Shown: positions 62,110-64,000 of the stretch, one piece after another
Position numbering within the stretch: position 1 is the stretch's first letter
How the letters are laid out: each line of letters opens with the position of its first letter
Notes under the pieces: model-generated
Databases searched by the model: none
What the model saw: the letters and a program-made list of their open reading frames with translations, nothing else
Told to the model about the DNA's origin: nothing
Source of the DNA: a bacterium
GTDB lineage: Bacteria > Bacteroidota > Bacteroidia > Bacteroidales > WCHB1-69
Length of the DNA: 64,000 nt
NCBI GenBank assembly: GCA_963643165.1
Contig: CAVIJD010000002.1
Coordinates: 35,234 to 99,233 of the forward strand
Direction: 5' to 3'
Program-made: the position numbers and the translations under genes

Positions 62110-62334
62110 AATTCTTCTTTATTTTTTTAAGGTGCGAAGAAACAAAAATTATAGGTTGCGTATGACTTGTCCCCAAAAAGCGAGGACAGAAAGCCCGAAT
62201 GTGCCGCATAAAACCCCGATTTGTGGCGAACGGCTCGGATATGTGGCAAAAATCCGCCCTTGTGGGGCTGAATGACCGCTTTGCGGCCTTTTGCACGCCG
62301 CCGACATTCTCGCTTCAAATCATTGATTGACAGG

Positions 62335-62342
62335 CAAATATA
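62335..62342 (-). promoter_or_regulatory. Candidate -7 promoter box TATATTTG for etfB-etfA-acyl-CoA dehydrogenase (long leader)
   Basis: Plus strand caaatata. It is 225 nt upstream of ATG 62109, so confidence is reduced. Confidence 0.4.
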
Positions 62343-62377
62343 CGAATTTTATTATTGCAGGAAATGTTTAATTATTT

Positions 62378-62402
62378 GATTGCCAATAACTTATTGGCAA
62401 TC
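62378..62402. repeat. Perfect 25-nt palindrome (12-bp arms, 1-nt centre)
   Basis: gattgccaataa-c-ttattggcaatc, in the 613-bp non-coding region between etfB and the repeat-protein gene. Confidence 0.9.
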
Positions 62403-62558
62403 GTTTTATGACTTTTTTGTATGTCAGCATTATAGTTGAAAACATTGTTGCCCGGACGTTGATGTTGGAAAGAGAGAAAGAAACAACATGCGTAACGCTC
62501 TACATTCTGCATTCTACATTCGTACGGTTGCCGTGGGGGTAATGTAACGTATTTTTGC

Positions 62559-62566
62559 TATCTTTG
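62559..62566 (+). promoter_or_regulatory. Candidate -7 promoter box TATCTTTG for the repeat-protein gene
   Basis: gcTATCTTTGctgc, 156 nt upstream of ATG 62723. Confidence 0.45.
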
Positions 62567-62722
62567 CTGCCTGTTGGAAAGATGAAACCGCCTGCCCGCT
62601 CAGGCCCACTATAAAACCTACTACATCACCCACTGCGCTCTTTCCTTACGTTCCACATCGCAGATGAAACGCAAACCTTTCTGTTGACAACATTGCAAAT
62701 AACAACAAATACTATTCTTCTG

Positions 62723-64000
62723 ATGAAACAACAACTACACTACTTTTTTCTGGTCGCCGTGCTTTGCTGCCTGACTTTCGGCTTCCTGCCGCAGGCCAAG
62801 GGACAGGTCGGACCTTACTCAAACTATTTTGCCGGAAAGAACGACCGCGACACCATCGATGCCGACGGAAATTCGGGCTGCAAAAACCAGATGCCCGACG
62901 TGCTGGCGTATGTGGTAAGCCAATTCTCACCGGGAACAAACTGTACGGGCTCCGTCACCGCCACCATCACCGACTCAACGGGCATCCCTGCCGTGGGCAC
63001 GTACCTGTTCGCCCAAAACGGAACCCTCACCATTCCCGACATCGTCGTGAAGGATGCGTGCGGCAATTTCTCCTCCCAGCGAATCACTATAGTAGTGCAA
63101 AGTTATAACAGCCGCCGTCCGGAACTGAAAAATGTCTCCATAGACGTGTCGTGCCCCGGAACGCTTGAAATAACCGGCGACATCACAAACAGCGGGTATC
63201 AGTTTGACTCTAAAATCAAAGATAGTGAACCCATGTTTATGTACACATACGATGATGACAAAGGGAAACTGGAAATCAGCTACGAACAAGTAAGTGATAA
63301 TAGATTACGTCTCAAGTGCGGCACCAGTTATACTACCCGAATCAAGTTGAAGAACGACCGCGGCTGCATCAGTGACACAGTGTTGCAATTTACCACCCAT
63401 AGCACGGTCTCTCCCGTATCCAGCTACTTTACCAACAAAAACTGGTGCGACACCATTGATGCCAACGGAAGTTCGGGCTGCAAGAACCGGATGCCCGACG
63501 TGTTGGCATACGTCGCCGGCAAGTACAGCCTTGACAGATCAAGTGAAGGATACTGCACAGGCAGCGTTACAGCCTTTATCAGCGATTCTACAAATATTCC
63601 CGCGGTGGGAGAATACCTTTGGGAAGATATCACGATTCCGAACATTACCGTGCGCGACTACTGCGGCACCGAAGCTGTCGAGAAAATTACCATCACCGTA
63701 AAACGAACGAACAACAAAGCGCCGAAGTTGAAAAACGTCTCCATAGACGTGTCGTGCCCCGGAACGCTTGAAATAACCGGCGACATCACGAACAACGGAT
63801 ATCAGTTTGACTCTAAGATCAAAGATAGTGAACCCATGTTTATGTACACATACGATGATGACGAGGGGAAACTGGAAATCAGCTACGAACAAGTAAGTGA
63901 TAATAGATTACGTCTCAAGTGCGGCACCAGTTATACTACCCGGATCAAGTTGAAGAACGACTCCGGCTGCTTGAGCGACACGGTGCTGCATTTCACCTCC
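62723..64000 (+). CDS. Secreted cysteine-containing modular repeat protein (putative surface/adhesin-like; first 426 codons, continues beyond right edge)
   Basis: Absent from the ORF track (no stop in window). Hand translation: MKQQLHYFFLVAVLCCLTFGFLPQAKGQVGPYSNYFAGKNDRDTIDADGNSGCKNQMPDVLAYV...VVKDACGNFSSQRITIVVQSYNSRRPELKNVSIDVSCPGTLEITGD...; a second ~201-aa module starts at ...SSYFTNKNWCDTIDANGSSGCKNRMPDVLAYV. Frame is open to 64000. Confidence 0.75.
   Translation, partial: MKQQLHYFFLVAVLCCLTFGFLPQAKGQVGPYSNYFAGKNDRDTIDADGNSGCKNQMPDVLAYVVSQFSPGTNCTGSVTATITDSTGIPAVGTYLFAQNGTLTIPDIVVKDACGNFSSQRITIVVQSYNSRRPELKNVSIDVSCPGTLEITGDITNSGYQFDSKIKDSEPMFMYTYDDDKGKLEISYEQVSDNRLRLKCGTSYTTRIKLKNDRGCISDTVLQFTTHSTVSPVSSYFTNKNWCDTIDANGSSGCKNRMPDVLAYVAGKYSLDRSSEGYCTGSVTAFISDSTNIPAVGEYLWEDITIPNITVRDYCGTEAVEKITITVKRTNNKAPKLKNVSIDVSCPGTLEITGDITNNGYQFDSKIKDSEPMFMYTYDDDEGKLEISYEQVSDNRLRLKCGTSYTTRIKLKNDSGCLSDTVLHFTS
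62812..64000 (+). repeat. Tandem 603-nt (201-codon) coding repeat, at least two copies, continuing off-window
   Basis: gtctccatagacgtgtcgtgcccc... occurs at 63134 and again at 63737 (offset 603). The minus-strand track ORFs 62975..63289 and 63539..63892 both begin MFVADFQFP, mirroring the duplication. Confidence 0.9.

Noticed and set aside
62812-64000. Diversity-generating retroelement (template/variable repeat pair) as the explanation for the one-half-diverged, one-half-identical repeat modules.
   Set aside because: No reverse transcriptase or accessory gene is nearby. The diverged halves differ at all four bases and include an indel rather than showing adenine-specific substitutions. Both copies are in-frame modules of one ORF.

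Overview
This is a chromosomal segment of a Bacteroidota genome, probably Bacteroidales. Three things support that call: (i) the sigma-ABfr type -7 promoter box TAnnTTTG (often TAnnTTTGcacg) sits 12-60 nt upstream of most first-in-operon start codons, with no Shine-Dalgarno sequences; (ii) a C25 (gingipain-like) peptidase carries a T9SS C-terminal sorting domain; (iii) the gene order bamD-rpoZ-coaBC-DUF4835-recN is typical of the phylum.

I count about 57 protein-coding genes, tightly packed, many with ATGA or TGATG overlaps. Most are housekeeping genes:
- Replication, repair and chaperones: dnaX, recN, xseB, trmD, surE, ftsE, gyrB, murD-like, htpG, dnaK.
- Central metabolism: eno, fumC, malic enzyme.
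- Lipid and redox: a compact fabH-fabF-fabZ-fabG-acpP-fabD operon and an acyl-CoA dehydrogenase/etfAB operon.

By eye I found no rRNA, tRNA, CRISPR array, integrase, transposase or other mobile element. Two ORFs are missing from the supplied track because they run off the window edges: a TonB-dependent-receptor-like gene (1..1716, minus) and a secreted repeat protein (62723..64000, plus).

Nothing here can be asserted as a new system from sequence alone. The items most worth a second look are:
1. dnaX is split at an A6G run exactly at the gamma/tau boundary. The full-length protein needs a +1 frame change.
2. An orphan 947-aa protein has a roughly 610-aa unrecognisable N-terminal region fused to AlbA_2, WYL and WCX-like sensor/regulator domains. 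It has its own promoter and terminator and is more AT-rich than its neighbours.
3. The type II FAS operon lacks an enoyl reductase. It lies next to a membrane LytTR regulator, with a perfect 14-nt direct repeat in the shared intergenic region, and next to an acyl-CoA dehydrogenase/EtfAB operon.
4. The secreted repeat protein is built of 603-nt modules, each with one diverged half and one near-identical half.
5. An AT-rich two-gene secreted module encodes a small Cys-pair protein and a beta-propeller-like protein fused to a CxxC thioredoxin-like domain.

All functional calls rest on my recognition of the translated sequences. No database search was run.
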